From Promethearchaeum syntrophicum (GTDB taxonomy: Archaea; Asgardarchaeota; Lokiarchaeia; Sigyniarchaeales; Promethearchaeaceae): a stretch of 32,000 bases of DNA. Position numbers and translations under genes: made by a program. A model generated the notes under the pieces. It was not told where the DNA came from, did not search any database, and was given only the letters and a program-made list of their open reading frames with translations. Each line of letters opens with the position of its first letter. Positions within the stretch are counted from its first letter, which is position 1. Of this stretch, positions 8,679 to 18,430 are shown in pieces. The stretch lies in contig NZ_CP042905.2 in assembly GCF_008000775.2 (NCBI RefSeq), forward strand, positions 3,330,001 through 3,362,000, in the 5' to 3' direction.

Positions 8679-10652
8679 ATGTCAGAAAAGAAAACTAAGA
8701 AAGAAAAAATTATTGGAATTGATTTAGGGACAAGCAATTCAGCCGCAGCTATAATGATCGGTGGTAAACCTGAAATTATCCCAGCAGCCGAAGGTGTTTC
8801 AGTGGGTGGAAAAGCATTTCCAAGTTATGTTGCATTCCTAAAGGACGGAACACGTTTAGTCGGGGAACCTGCTCGCAGACAAGCTGTCTCCAATCCAGAA
8901 CACACAATCCGAAAAATCAAGCGTAAGATGGGAACTAATCATAAAATCACAATTGAAAAGAAAACTTATACGCCTGAGGAAATTTCCGCTATGATCTTAC
9001 AGAAAATTAAAAAAGATAGTGAGGATTACATCGGTGAAGAAATACAAAAAGCAGTAATTACAGTTCCTGCCTATTTCAATGATGCTCAAAGAACAGCAAC
9101 TAAAGATGCTGGAAGAATTGCAGGTCTAGATGTAGTTAGGATAATAAATGAACCTACTGCCGCATGTCTTGCATATGGATTGGATAAATCCGATGAAAAA
9201 AGCGCAAAAATCGCAGTTTTAGATTTAGGTGGAGGAACATTTGATGTGACAATCATGGATATGGGAGAAGGTGTCTTTGAAGTACTTTCTACACATGGTG
9301 ATACTGCATTAGGTGGTTCAGATATGGATGAAGCAATTAAAGAGTGGATAGTTAAAGAATTCAAACGTAAAACAGATGTAGATTTAACTAATGATCCACA
9401 GCCAATGATGAGAATCATTGAAGCTGCAGAAAAGGCCAAAATTGATTTATCATCCTCATTTTCAACAAGAATTAACCTTCCATTTATAGCAATGGGAAAG
9501 GATGGACAACCATTAAATCTTGATCTTGAATTAACTCGAGCGAAATTAGAAGACCTTATCAGTCATATTTTGGAACGGTTGTACACACCAATGGACAAAG
9601 CAATGAGAGATTCAAAAATCTCGAAGAATCAGATTAATAAAATAATCATGGTTGGGGGACCTTCCAGAATGCCTTCAGTTCAAAAAGCTTATGCAGATTT
9701 CTTCGGTCGAAAGCCTGAAAAAGGAGTTGATCCGATGGAATGTGTTGCTCAAGGTGCTTCAATTCAAGCTGCTGTTCTCAGTGGTGAAGTTGAAGATCTC
9801 CTTTTATTAGATGTCACTCCCTTATCTTTAAGCATAGAAACTCTCGGAGGAGTATCAACGCCCTTGATTGAACGAAATACAACCATCCCAGTAGAACGGG
9901 CAAAAGTATTTTCTACGGCAAGCGACAATCAACCAAGTGTAGAAATTAATGTTTTACAAGGTGAACGCCCAATGGCTCAAGATAACATTAGCTTAGGTCG
10001 ATTTCACTTAGATGGAATTCCACCTGCACCACGAGGTATGCCACAAATAGAAGTTAAATTCTCAATTGATGCTAACGGAATAGTAAACGTAACTGCGACA
10101 GATTTAGGCACTAAACGCGAACAATCCATAACCATTACGGGCCAATCCAAATTATCTGAAGAAGAAATTCAAAAGAAAATTAAAGATGCAGAACTTCATG
10201 CTGAAGAGGATAAATTAGTAAGAGAAAAGATAGAAGCAAGAAATGAACTCTCAGGAATGGCATTCCAAGCCGAAAAATTGATGAAAGATAACCCTGATAA
10301 GGTTGAAGATTTAAAAGACGACTTAATCAAAGCAATTGATGAAGCAAAAGAATTAGAGAAATCTGAAGATTTGAATCAGATCAAAGAAGCAAAGGATAAG
10401 CTAGAAAAATTATTACACAAACTTGCTGAAAAGATCTATGCTCAAGGTGGAGCTCCAGGTGGAGCACCAGGCGGTATGGGTGGTATGGGAGGAATGAGTC
10501 CAGAACAAGCGGCAGCATTTGCCCAACAAGCAGCTCAAGCTGGAAAAGGCGGAGCAGGATTTGGTAATATGGGTGGAGCTACTTATGACTCTCCTGATGA
10601 AGGCAAGAAAAAGAAAAAGAAAGTCGTAGATGTTGACTGGGAAGACGAATAA
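8679..10652 (+). CDS. dnaK: Hsp70 chaperone DnaK
   Basis: [82 protein letters not shown], and a C-terminus with a GGM-rich linker and DVDWEDE. Confidence 0.98.
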   Translation: MSEKKTKKEKIIGIDLGTSNSAAAIMIGGKPEIIPAAEGVSVGGKAFPSYVAFLKDGTRLVGEPARRQAVSNPEHTIRKIKRKMGTNHKITIEKKTYTPEEISAMILQKIKKDSEDYIGEEIQKAVITVPAYFNDAQRTATKDAGRIAGLDVVRIINEPTAACLAYGLDKSDEKSAKIAVLDLGGGTFDVTIMDMGEGVFEVLSTHGDTALGGSDMDEAIKEWIVKEFKRKTDVDLTNDPQPMMRIIEAAEKAKIDLSSSFSTRINLPFIAMGKDGQPLNLDLELTRAKLEDLISHILERLYTPMDKAMRDSKISKNQINKIIMVGGPSRMPSVQKAYADFFGRKPEKGVDPMECVAQGASIQAAVLSGEVEDLLLLDVTPLSLSIETLGGVSTPLIERNTTIPVERAKVFSTASDNQPSVEINVLQGERPMAQDNISLGRFHLDGIPPAPRGMPQIEVKFSIDANGIVNVTATDLGTKREQSITITGQSKLSEEEIQKKIKDAELHAEEDKLVREKIEARNELSGMAFQAEKLMKDNPDKVEDLKDDLIKAIDEAKELEKSEDLNQIKEAKDKLEKLLHKLAEKIYAQGGAPGGAPGGMGGMGGMSPEQAAAFAQQAAQAGKGGAGFGNMGGATYDSPDEGKKKKKKVVDVDWEDE

Positions 10653-10850
10653 TTCTTTCCATTCAACTTTTTTCAGATTGCTCAACAATTTAAACTATAA
10701 AATCAAGGATTTGGGTAAGGAAGAAGTAAATTTAATCTTTGATTTTCCCATTTTTTTTTGATTCAAAAATATGCAAAATTTCAAGTAAGTTGCAGTATTT
10801 AAATAAACATCTTCAAATTATGAACAACCCATTATTAGGAATATAATATT

Positions 10851-11936
10851 ATGGCAACAAAAAATAAGCGTGACTACTATGATGTCCTCGGAACAAACAA
10901 ATCCGCTTCACAAGCAGAGATTAAAAAAGCATTCTATCGATTAGCAAAGACTCATCACCCTGATCGTGGAGGTGATGCAGAAAAATTCAAAGAAATTAAT
11001 GAAGCCTATATGGTTCTCTCAGACGCCGATAAAAGGGCAAAATATGATAGATTCGGCTTTTCCGGTATGGATATGGGAGAGGGATTCTCAGGTGGAGGAT
11101 TTTCATCATTTTCAGACATCTTTGATATGTTTTTTGGAGGAGATATTTTTGGAGGAATGGGAGGAAGTGGAAGAAACGGAAGAAGTAGAAGAAGGGTAGT
11201 TCATGGTGAGGATATTGAAGTAAGGGTTAACCTAAGTTTTAAAGAAGCAGTTTTTGGTATAAAAAAGGAGATTAGTTATTCTCGTAGTGAGCCTTGTCAT
11301 CAGTGTGATGGATTAGGTGCTCTTTCACGCAAAGATATTAAATCATGTCCGACGTGTGGAGGTTCTGGCCAAGAAACACGCACAGTTCGTTCGATTTTAG
11401 GATTGATGAGACAATCGGTTAAATGTTCACAATGCAATGGTACAGGTGAAATTATTCGAAAAGTATGCCCAGTCTGTAAGGGGAATAAAGTAGTTACAAA
11501 GAAAAATAAAACATCTGTTAATATCCCCGCAGGTGTGGATACCAACATGCACTTAAAGGTTCAAGGACATGGCCATATTCCAACCAAAGATGCAATTCCA
11601 GGAGATTTATATCTTCGAATTATGGTTAAAAAAGATAATCGATTTGAACGAGATAGGTATGATATCCATTCAGTAGTTAAAGTTAATTTTGCCCAAGTAA
11701 TTAAAGGTTGTGAAGTAAAAATTAACACGATCGATGGTCCTATCAAAATAAAAATAGCTTCCGGGACAGAACCTGAATCTCAATTACGCCTTAAAAATAA
11801 AGGTATACCCACTTTAGAATCTCGAGGACAAAGAAGGGGAGATCATTTTGTCACTGTAAAGGTTAATATTCCGAAATATTCGAGTTTAAACAAATCGCAA
11901 AAAAATCTGATAGATGACTACATTAAAATTAGTTAA
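10851..11936 (+). CDS. dnaJ: Hsp40 co-chaperone DnaJ (type I)
   Basis: J-domain DYYDVLGTNKSASQAEIKKAFYRLAKTHHPDRGG, G/F-rich region, four zinc-finger repeats (CHQCDGLG, CPTCGGSG, CSQCNGTG, CPVCKGNK), and C-terminal domains. Confidence 0.97.
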   Translation: MATKNKRDYYDVLGTNKSASQAEIKKAFYRLAKTHHPDRGGDAEKFKEINEAYMVLSDADKRAKYDRFGFSGMDMGEGFSGGGFSSFSDIFDMFFGGDIFGGMGGSGRNGRSRRRVVHGEDIEVRVNLSFKEAVFGIKKEISYSRSEPCHQCDGLGALSRKDIKSCPTCGGSGQETRTVRSILGLMRQSVKCSQCNGTGEIIRKVCPVCKGNKVVTKKNKTSVNIPAGVDTNMHLKVQGHGHIPTKDAIPGDLYLRIMVKKDNRFERDRYDIHSVVKVNFAQVIKGCEVKINTIDGPIKIKIASGTEPESQLRLKNKGIPTLESRGQRRGDHFVTVKVNIPKYSSLNKSQKNLIDDYIKIS

Positions 11937-11953
11937 TGGTGTTTTTTTTCTAA

Positions 11954-12646
11954 TTATTCTGCAAATTCGACGAAAATGGCTCCATTTATTATCTTTCTTA
12001 ATTTTATTATCAGATCTGAATTAACATTATAATAAATATGCTTTCCATTTATGGTGAGAAAGATTAATTTTCTATTCTCTAGTATCTGTAGATATTTTTG
12101 GACAGTATTATGGTGAAATTCGAGTTTTTTAGTGATTTGTGAAATTTTTAATGGATCTTTCTCAAGAATCTTCAAAATCTGATTTATTTTTTCATTTTGA
12201 AGTAAATACAAATCATATTCATGATCCATATAAGATCTTTTTTCAAAATATCCATAACTACGTTGGTGAAAACGAACTTTTTTCACAAACCCAAATTTTT
12301 CAAGCATTCCAATATGCCAATTAAACTCATTTGAACCCAAAGAAAGTTCTCTTCGAATTAATCGATTATATGAACCAGGATTTACTTGGATAAAATCTAA
12401 AATCTTTTTTCGATTTTGGTTGTGTAAAATATCTTCTTTGGTTAATGACGAGCCTTGTATGATGTATTTTTTCTGGATTAAGGATTTTACAGAAATTGCA
12501 ATAGCAGAATCAGAATATTTATAATTTAGCTTATCAAAACAATATGGTAATGCCATTTTAAGATTAAATTCATTAAAATCTCTTATATAATCTTTAAGAG
12601 TTTTATATACATTTGCTTCAATTTCTGAGAGTTGTTCAATTTTCAT
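11954..12646 (-). CDS. Winged-helix transcriptional regulator with two wHTH segments
   Basis: KILDFIQVNPGSYNRLIRRELSLGSNEFNWHIGMLEKFGFVKKVRFHQRSYGYF followed by QILKILEKDPLKISQITKKLEFHHNTVQKYLQILENRKLIFLTINGKHIYY, two ArsR/MarR-like wHTH units. Confidence 0.75.
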   Translation of the reverse strand: MKIEQLSEIEANVYKTLKDYIRDFNEFNLKMALPYCFDKLNYKYSDSAIAISVKSLIQKKYIIQGSSLTKEDILHNQNRKKILDFIQVNPGSYNRLIRRELSLGSNEFNWHIGMLEKFGFVKKVRFHQRSYGYFEKRSYMDHEYDLYLLQNEKINQILKILEKDPLKISQITKKLEFHHNTVQKYLQILENRKLIFLTINGKHIYYNVNSDLIIKLRKIINGAIFVEFAE

Positions 12647-12714
12647 GTTATTCTTCTTTTCCGTTGTTTTTTAAGTTAATATTAATTCTATTAATTCTAT
12701 TAAATCTACTAATT

Positions 12715-14493
12715 CTAATCCTGACTTTCGAAGTCACCATCCTCGAATTCTAAGTCATCTATATCACTACTATAATTCTCCATATAATCTAACAAAAATT
12801 GATGCCGATCTTTTGGTCCCAATGCTATCATTTCTCTAACAAAATCTTCAATTTGCAATGAATCCATTTTATATCTGGTTAAAAGAAGATGGATTTCTTT
12901 CAGATTGAGGATTTGCAAAGGTTCCTTTAGGAAATCATGAATATCAGGTGGTAAAATCTTAGTATATTCTGAAGGATTTTTTAAATCTTTACAATATTTA
13001 ACTATATTGATCAGTTTTTGCTGATCAATTGGATGGAGAACTACTTCTAGTAAATCTGGATCAAGACTTTTCAAATCCTCCTCCAGCGGGCTATATTTCT
13101 CTCGAAAAGTTCTATTTGAAAAAGTAATAAAGGAAACTAAAGCAATACAGAATAGAATCAGCCCTAATGAGATCATAATTGTAGAATTTTGAGTTATTGA
13201 TAGAAAAACACTCGTAGATGAAACATGTCTGACGGTAAAATCATAAGATGCAATATTTCCTGCAAAATCATTTAAAATAAGGGACATTTTCATATTTTTA
13301 TTTGAAAGTTGATCCCAGATTTTATCAGGAAATTCGATCACCCAATTTGTATAATTAACCTGAACAGCATAAAGAGTTATTTTTCGATTTTCATCTTGGT
13401 CTGATTCAGAAAGTTCACTGAGTTGTGAATAATACAAGTCATCTTCAATTTCCAATTCTGCTTCAGGTAAATCAACCATTAATTTCACATTTCCAATATC
13501 AGTGTCTGCAAATTGGCAATTAAAGATTGGATTCTTATCAATCTCATATTTCTGATAAATTGGGTTTTCATATGTTGAAATATCTACATCCCCAACCTGC
13601 AACCAACCCCTATTCGGTAGGTTACTTCTAAATTCTGGAGGAGTTGTATCCTTTCTTATATGCAACCATTCAATGTTTGTAGGATTTCCAGCAGAATCTA
13701 CGAGGTAAATTGGAATTACATTTGAACCTTCATTCATCTTATCCCATTCTGGGATGGTAATTTTAATCGTATCATTTTGATTAGTTGGGGGAATTTTCGA
13801 TACAATATTCGAAATACGATGTAATTGCGTATTAACTGTTAAACAAATGTCAACAACATTCTCCAGATTATCAGTTATGTTGAAATAAATATTTGGGTTG
13901 GAATTAAAATAATTATTTGACCCATCGTAAGGAATTAATTCGCTCGAGTTATCAAAATTATAGCCAAAACTGAAAATAGGTGCAGTTAGATCCAAATAAA
14001 TAGCAAATTGATATAGCGGAATACCAGATCCCCCATTTGTAATATGAAAATCGATGGTTATAGGAAAGGATTCTTCGATTTGGTTCCAAACAAATTCAAG
14101 ATCATTGATAAATGACTCCCAATCATTAGAATTTTCAGGATCAAAAGAATTTTCTATAGATATACTCGGTACTGGTGAGGATATTTTGCTCTCATACTCA
14201 TTTGTTTGTACAAGGGTGGAATTTATTATATTTAGGGATATATTAGGGAAAGTTTGAAAATGTCTATTATTATTGGGAAATGTTAATTCAAATCCATATA
14301 AATCAGAAATTTCTTCAGAATTATCCATTGGAATTAGAAAATCAGTCTTCTTGTTCGAAATTATATTTAAATCATCATTTTTATCGCTCGATTTAGAAAT
14401 TTCTTTTTCTAAATTTGCGGATGTGAAATGACATATACCATTTAATCCTATTATTCCGATTAACAGAAGAAATAATATTCGCTTTGCCCGCAT
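12715..14493 (-). CDS. Secreted, membrane-anchored surface protein with Ig/FN3-like extracellular region and cytoplasmic helical tail
   Basis: 592 aa. Signal peptide MRAKRILFLLLIGIIGLNGICHFTSA, beta-rich extracellular region (GSGIPLYQFAIYLDLTAPIF...DLPEAELE...), one TM segment STIMISLGLILFCIALVSFITF, then a ~130-aa acidic helical tail. Confidence 0.65.
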   Translation of the reverse strand: MRAKRILFLLLIGIIGLNGICHFTSANLEKEISKSSDKNDDLNIISNKKTDFLIPMDNSEEISDLYGFELTFPNNNRHFQTFPNISLNIINSTLVQTNEYESKISSPVPSISIENSFDPENSNDWESFINDLEFVWNQIEESFPITIDFHITNGGSGIPLYQFAIYLDLTAPIFSFGYNFDNSSELIPYDGSNNYFNSNPNIYFNITDNLENVVDICLTVNTQLHRISNIVSKIPPTNQNDTIKITIPEWDKMNEGSNVIPIYLVDSAGNPTNIEWLHIRKDTTPPEFRSNLPNRGWLQVGDVDISTYENPIYQKYEIDKNPIFNCQFADTDIGNVKLMVDLPEAELEIEDDLYYSQLSELSESDQDENRKITLYAVQVNYTNWVIEFPDKIWDQLSNKNMKMSLILNDFAGNIASYDFTVRHVSSTSVFLSITQNSTIMISLGLILFCIALVSFITFSNRTFREKYSPLEEDLKSLDPDLLEVVLHPIDQQKLINIVKYCKDLKNPSEYTKILPPDIHDFLKEPLQILNLKEIHLLLTRYKMDSLQIEDFVREMIALGPKDRHQFLLDYMENYSSDIDDLEFEDGDFESQD

Positions 14494-14748
14494 CTCGAAC
14501 CCCCATTTCTTGAATTCATTTTATTTAGATAGAAATACCAGTTTTTAAAAAAATTCTCTATATTCTAATAACAAGAATAGGGTAATAAATGATCATTTTT
14601 TTGATGAATCGCTTTTAACTGGTTATGAAATTTAAATCTTAAAATAATTTTGACCGAATTCTGTAAATTGACCTAATCTTTTTCTCTCTAAATCCATTGT
14701 TTGATAAATTTTTTTAGCAATTGAGAGTTAAATGAATTATTCAAGTGT

Positions 14749-14820
14749 GCGCTCGTTGTCTAATGGTTAGGATCTCAGCCTGCCACGTTGGGGGTCCGGG
14801 TTCGATTCCCGGCGAGCGCA
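14749..14820 (+). tRNA. tRNA-Gly (anticodon GCC), no encoded CCA
   Basis: Manual cloverleaf: GCGCTCG / TT / GTCT-AATGGTTA-GGAT / C / TCAGC-CTGCCAC-GTTGG / GGGT / CCGGG-TTCGATT-CCCGG / CGAGCGC / A. 72 nt, all stems pair (some G-U), anticodon GCC. Confidence 0.95.
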
Positions 14821-14875
14821 TTTATTTAATTCTGGTAAATTTTTCCAACATTTTCTGAATTTAGGGTGCATTTTT

Positions 14876-15622
14876 ATGATATACGTTTCCCATCGTGGTT
14901 TTCGGGTTGGAGTGGTTGAAAATACCTTACAAGCATTTCAGCGTTCAATCGAATTAAAAATGGATTACATTGAATTAGATGTGCAGCTCTCTTGTGATGG
15001 TTATCTTTTCGTTCTCCACGATAACAAATTAGAGCGGATCTTCCAAAATTCAGATTTTATTGCAAATTTATCAAGCAAAGACTTAAAATTGCTCAGATCT
15101 GAAGAATTCGATCAAGGAATTCCTGAATTAAAGGAAGTTATTGAATATGCATTGTCTAATAAAAATATATCTAGCAAATTAATGATTGAATTAAAGGGTT
15201 TAGGGACTGCTAAACCAACATGCAAATTGATTGAAGAATACAATATCGAAAATCGGGTCGTTTTTAGTGGAAGAAACTTGACTGAATTAAAATTAGCACA
15301 TGAAAAATTACCACAGGTTCCCATTTGTCTTAATATTACAAAATGCAAGGAATTTACGCTAAAGCATTTACTAGAAACGCCATCAAAAATGACTCTACCT
15401 TTACCTTTTTCTATGATTTCCCTTAAATCAAACTTGATAAACGGAAAGAAATTTCCGGACAAATGCCATGAATTTGGAATCAAAGCGTTATCTTGGGGTT
15501 TTTATGATAAACCTAATCCATTAACTTTGATAAAATCACTGATTTCATTAGGGATTGATGGAATTTTGTTTGATGATCCAGAAAATGTTCCAATAATCAG
15601 GAACTGGGGAAAAAATCAATAA
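14876..15622 (+). CDS. Glycerophosphodiester phosphodiesterase family protein
   Basis: YVSHRGFRVGVVENTLQAFQRSIELKMDYIELDVQLSCDGYLFVLHDNKLERIF and C-terminal LGIDGILFDDP, canonical GDPD motifs. Confidence 0.88.
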   Translation: MIYVSHRGFRVGVVENTLQAFQRSIELKMDYIELDVQLSCDGYLFVLHDNKLERIFQNSDFIANLSSKDLKLLRSEEFDQGIPELKEVIEYALSNKNISSKLMIELKGLGTAKPTCKLIEEYNIENRVVFSGRNLTELKLAHEKLPQVPICLNITKCKEFTLKHLLETPSKMTLPLPFSMISLKSNLINGKKFPDKCHEFGIKALSWGFYDKPNPLTLIKSLISLGIDGILFDDPENVPIIRNWGKNQ

Positions 15623-15651
15623 TTCAATTATTTGAAATAAAGGTAAAAAAA

Positions 15652-16317
15652 TTAATCTTCTTGATGTAAACCTTCCGATTTGAAGATATGCTCAATAGAT
15701 TTCATCCGATTATTTAATCTATCTTGAATAAGTTCAATGAAAAACTCCATTTCTTGATTTTTTGCATCTCCAATCCTTTTACTCACATCATAATGGAGTT
15801 TGGAGTAATCATCAAGCCTTTTATCCATATATTTATTCAAAATTTCACCCATTGAACCTTCTTTACCAATAAAACCTCTTAATAAGCCCATTAAACCCAA
15901 TCGGTCCATAGTATCAGCGTCAAACACGATCATCTCTTCTGCGCTTTCAGGTGGTATCATACTGGTTGGTGTATGGCGAATAACTACTCTACAAATTTTT
16001 TCCGTCAATTTGGAATTAATTTTTAGACCATCCAAGAATTCTTCTGCAAGAGAACCTCCGAATAACCCATGGATATGGGAAAAAACGGAGTTAGTTTTTC
16101 CTATATCATGAAGTAAAGCTCCAGCACATACAACAAATGGGTCAACAGATTCTTTTATATCCTTACCAATTTGGATCGCGTATCTTAACACGGATAAAAC
16201 ATGGGCAAAATCATGACTGCTACTTTCAGCGTGTGCTTGTTTTATAAATTCTTGTAATTTAAGTAAAATCTCGATTTCTTTCTTAGTTAACTTACGTGAG
16301 AATACCATGTAATTCAC
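15652..16317 (-). CDS. HD-domain metal-dependent phosphohydrolase
   Basis: SSSHDFAHVLSVLRYAIQIGK...VCAGALLHDIGKTNS...IRHT...IVFDADTMDRLGLMGLLR, the H...HD...H...D pattern. Confidence 0.85.
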   Translation of the reverse strand: MNYMVFSRKLTKKEIEILLKLQEFIKQAHAESSSHDFAHVLSVLRYAIQIGKDIKESVDPFVVCAGALLHDIGKTNSVFSHIHGLFGGSLAEEFLDGLKINSKLTEKICRVVIRHTPTSMIPPESAEEMIVFDADTMDRLGLMGLLRGFIGKEGSMGEILNKYMDKRLDDYSKLHYDVSKRIGDAKNQEMEFFIELIQDRLNNRMKSIEHIFKSEGLHQED

Positions 16318-16560
16318 TTCCTTGTTTTACTATTTAAAAATCACCTATTTTTTTTTCTTTTTTACAAAAAGGTAAATTTCTAAATTCTATAATATAAGGT
16401 TAACATCTTCGCGGCTAAAAATATCTTCAATGATTGATTCAGCAAAATGAAGTAAAATTTTTAAAAATCAGCATGAAATGATTATTGGTTGTTATTTTTT
16501 AGAAATGCTTATTTCTCTTATTACACAATCTTTAAAAGTTCAAACAACATCTAGGTCTTT

Positions 16561-17793
16561 ATGTTGAGTAGTTCTGTGATGTCCTTAAGTAAAGAGGACC
16601 TTCTAAATCGTGCTAAAAAACATTATTTTTCCTTAGGAGTGGATGATGGCGCGGCGAGATTATGTAAGGCAAATTTTCATTATGGATTAGCAAAATTACA
16701 TTACGCTCAAGAAAAACTTGGGATGGTGCCAAATGCTACTTTTATTTCAACCCCCGATGAAACAATTTCACGAAATGTGAGAAGATGGAATTCTGGATAC
16801 GGATACGGGGGAAAATTGATCACAGGTAATCCGAAAGATCCGCTAATATTTATTGATGTTAAACCAAATGCTTGCGGTATGATGGTTGGGGGGATAAATA
16901 AATTACCCCATCCAGATGAAACCATTAAAAAAATCAATGAAATAATTAAAATCGATTACTTTATAGACGATATTAAACTTAAATGGGATTATAAGAAAAG
17001 CAACCACTTCATAGATATTTTCGAAATGAGAGAAGATGAAGAATATAGTCCAAGTCGGAAATTAAAATCGAAATATAAATTCATTATACATGGCTCCGTT
17101 CCAGAATTACGAGATGCAACAGATAAGGGTCCCGGATTATATTATGATACATCAAAAGAATTGAGGGAGATGTGTAAAAAAGTGGTAACTCCATTTGGAG
17201 ATGTCTACTATTTGGAAGGGACTGATGCAAAAGAATATTTACGATTTTTTAATTATGCCAAAAAAATTGCTGCAGAAAAAAGAAAAAAAGCGGGTGAATT
17301 GTTATTTGGTAAATTCTCAGAAATTTCAAATCCCATGCACCAAGGATTATTATCTTATGGAGAAGTTCTTTTAGGTGCCCAACATATCACAGAACAAAAG
17401 GATAAACTATTTCCTGTGGCGCTAAGGTCGGATCTACCGGCATATCTAATAACAGCACTACCCAATTTAACTGAAGAACAAATTGACGATCTTGGTTTTG
17501 AAAATCGCGCTAAAAAATACGGTGTTATGAATTTCTTACGAAATTTCAACGTCATTCCCCATGGTGGCGGCTATAAATTATCTCATATCAATTCGGTAAA
17601 AAAAGTATTGGAGATTGAAGGAGAACGTTTCTTCGTCTGCGAACAAGAAGCTGAAGAAGGAGTTACTATATTTTCTGATGTCAAAGATTCCCAATTTTCA
17701 TATAGGGGTAAGAAAATAATAACTCGTATATTAGATCTAAATTTAGGAACGGTAGAAGCCAAGTTATTTCCAAAAATCGTTCTGAAAATATGA
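16561..17793 (+). CDS. Conserved-looking soluble protein, unrecognised family, probable enzyme
   Basis: 410-aa ORF with motif-like Gly/His/Cys-rich patches: DVKPNACGMMVGGINKLPHPDE, IIHGSVPELRDATDKGPGLYYD, NPMHQGLLSYGEVLLGAQH, NVIPHGGGYKLSH. Confidence 0.65.
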   Translation: MLSSSVMSLSKEDLLNRAKKHYFSLGVDDGAARLCKANFHYGLAKLHYAQEKLGMVPNATFISTPDETISRNVRRWNSGYGYGGKLITGNPKDPLIFIDVKPNACGMMVGGINKLPHPDETIKKINEIIKIDYFIDDIKLKWDYKKSNHFIDIFEMREDEEYSPSRKLKSKYKFIIHGSVPELRDATDKGPGLYYDTSKELREMCKKVVTPFGDVYYLEGTDAKEYLRFFNYAKKIAAEKRKKAGELLFGKFSEISNPMHQGLLSYGEVLLGAQHITEQKDKLFPVALRSDLPAYLITALPNLTEEQIDDLGFENRAKKYGVMNFLRNFNVIPHGGGYKLSHINSVKKVLEIEGERFFVCEQEAEEGVTIFSDVKDSQFSYRGKKIITRILDLNLGTVEAKLFPKIVLKI

Positions 17794-17845
17794 AAATATG
17801 ATATTTTTTCCAAAAAGATAAAATAAAAAAAAAATATTAGAAACT

Positions 17846-18400
17846 ATGGATACTCATTCCCGTCTTACTAAGAAAAAAGGGAAAAAAATTATCGTAGTAG
17901 GAGAAGGAGGAGTTGGAAAAACAACCCTTTTGCGTCGATCAATTGATGACGTATTTATAGATTCTACAGCAATGACCATTGGAACAGATTTCTTTGTAAA
18001 AAAAGGTGAATCATCAGAGAAAGACATTGAAAAACAACCTATGCTTATTTGGGATTTTGCAGGGCAAGATCGTTTTCGTTTTATTTTAAAAGATTACCTA
18101 AAGGGCACTGAAGGTGTAATTTTATGTTTTAATTTAGTCCAGAGTAGATCACTCAGGAAATTAAACGGCTGGATTGATCTTTTAAAAGAAGGCGGAATAT
18201 GGGAAAAAGAAAATGTTAAGTTTTTCTTAGTGGGAACACAAAATGACCTAGCTAAGAAAAATCATGAAGCCATCTCCAAAAAATTGATAAAAAAATTTAT
18301 GGATGACCATAATATTAAGAATTATTTTAGAACATCATCATTGGATAACAGCGGTGTGAAAGAACTATTCAAACAGATTGATAAGCATATGTTTAAGTAA
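17846..18400 (+). CDS. Ras/Rab-superfamily small GTPase
   Basis: G1 GEGGVGKTTLLRR, G2 region TIGTDFFVKK, G3 WDFAGQDRF, G4 VGTQNDL, G5-like RTSSLDNSG. 184 aa, single G domain. Confidence 0.92.
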   Translation: MDTHSRLTKKKGKKIIVVGEGGVGKTTLLRRSIDDVFIDSTAMTIGTDFFVKKGESSEKDIEKQPMLIWDFAGQDRFRFILKDYLKGTEGVILCFNLVQSRSLRKLNGWIDLLKEGGIWEKENVKFFLVGTQNDLAKKNHEAISKKLIKKFMDDHNIKNYFRTSSLDNSGVKELFKQIDKHMFK

Positions 18401-18430
18401 TTTAACCCCAAATTATTTTGCAATAAAATT

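Noticed and set aside
9086-11746. Antisense ORFs within dnaK and dnaJ, including a 117-aa frame
   Set aside because: They lie opposite highly conserved chaperone genes, where long antisense frames arise easily.
16318-16560. Intergenic region considered as a possible ncRNA or mobile remnant
   Set aside because: No convincing stem-loop, repeat or conserved RNA motif seen by eye; only general AT-richness.
16707-17813. Minus-strand ORFs 16707..16937, 17355..17555, 17583..17813
   Set aside because: Antisense to the 410-aa ORF, whose uninterrupted frame and motif-like islands are much stronger evidence of coding.
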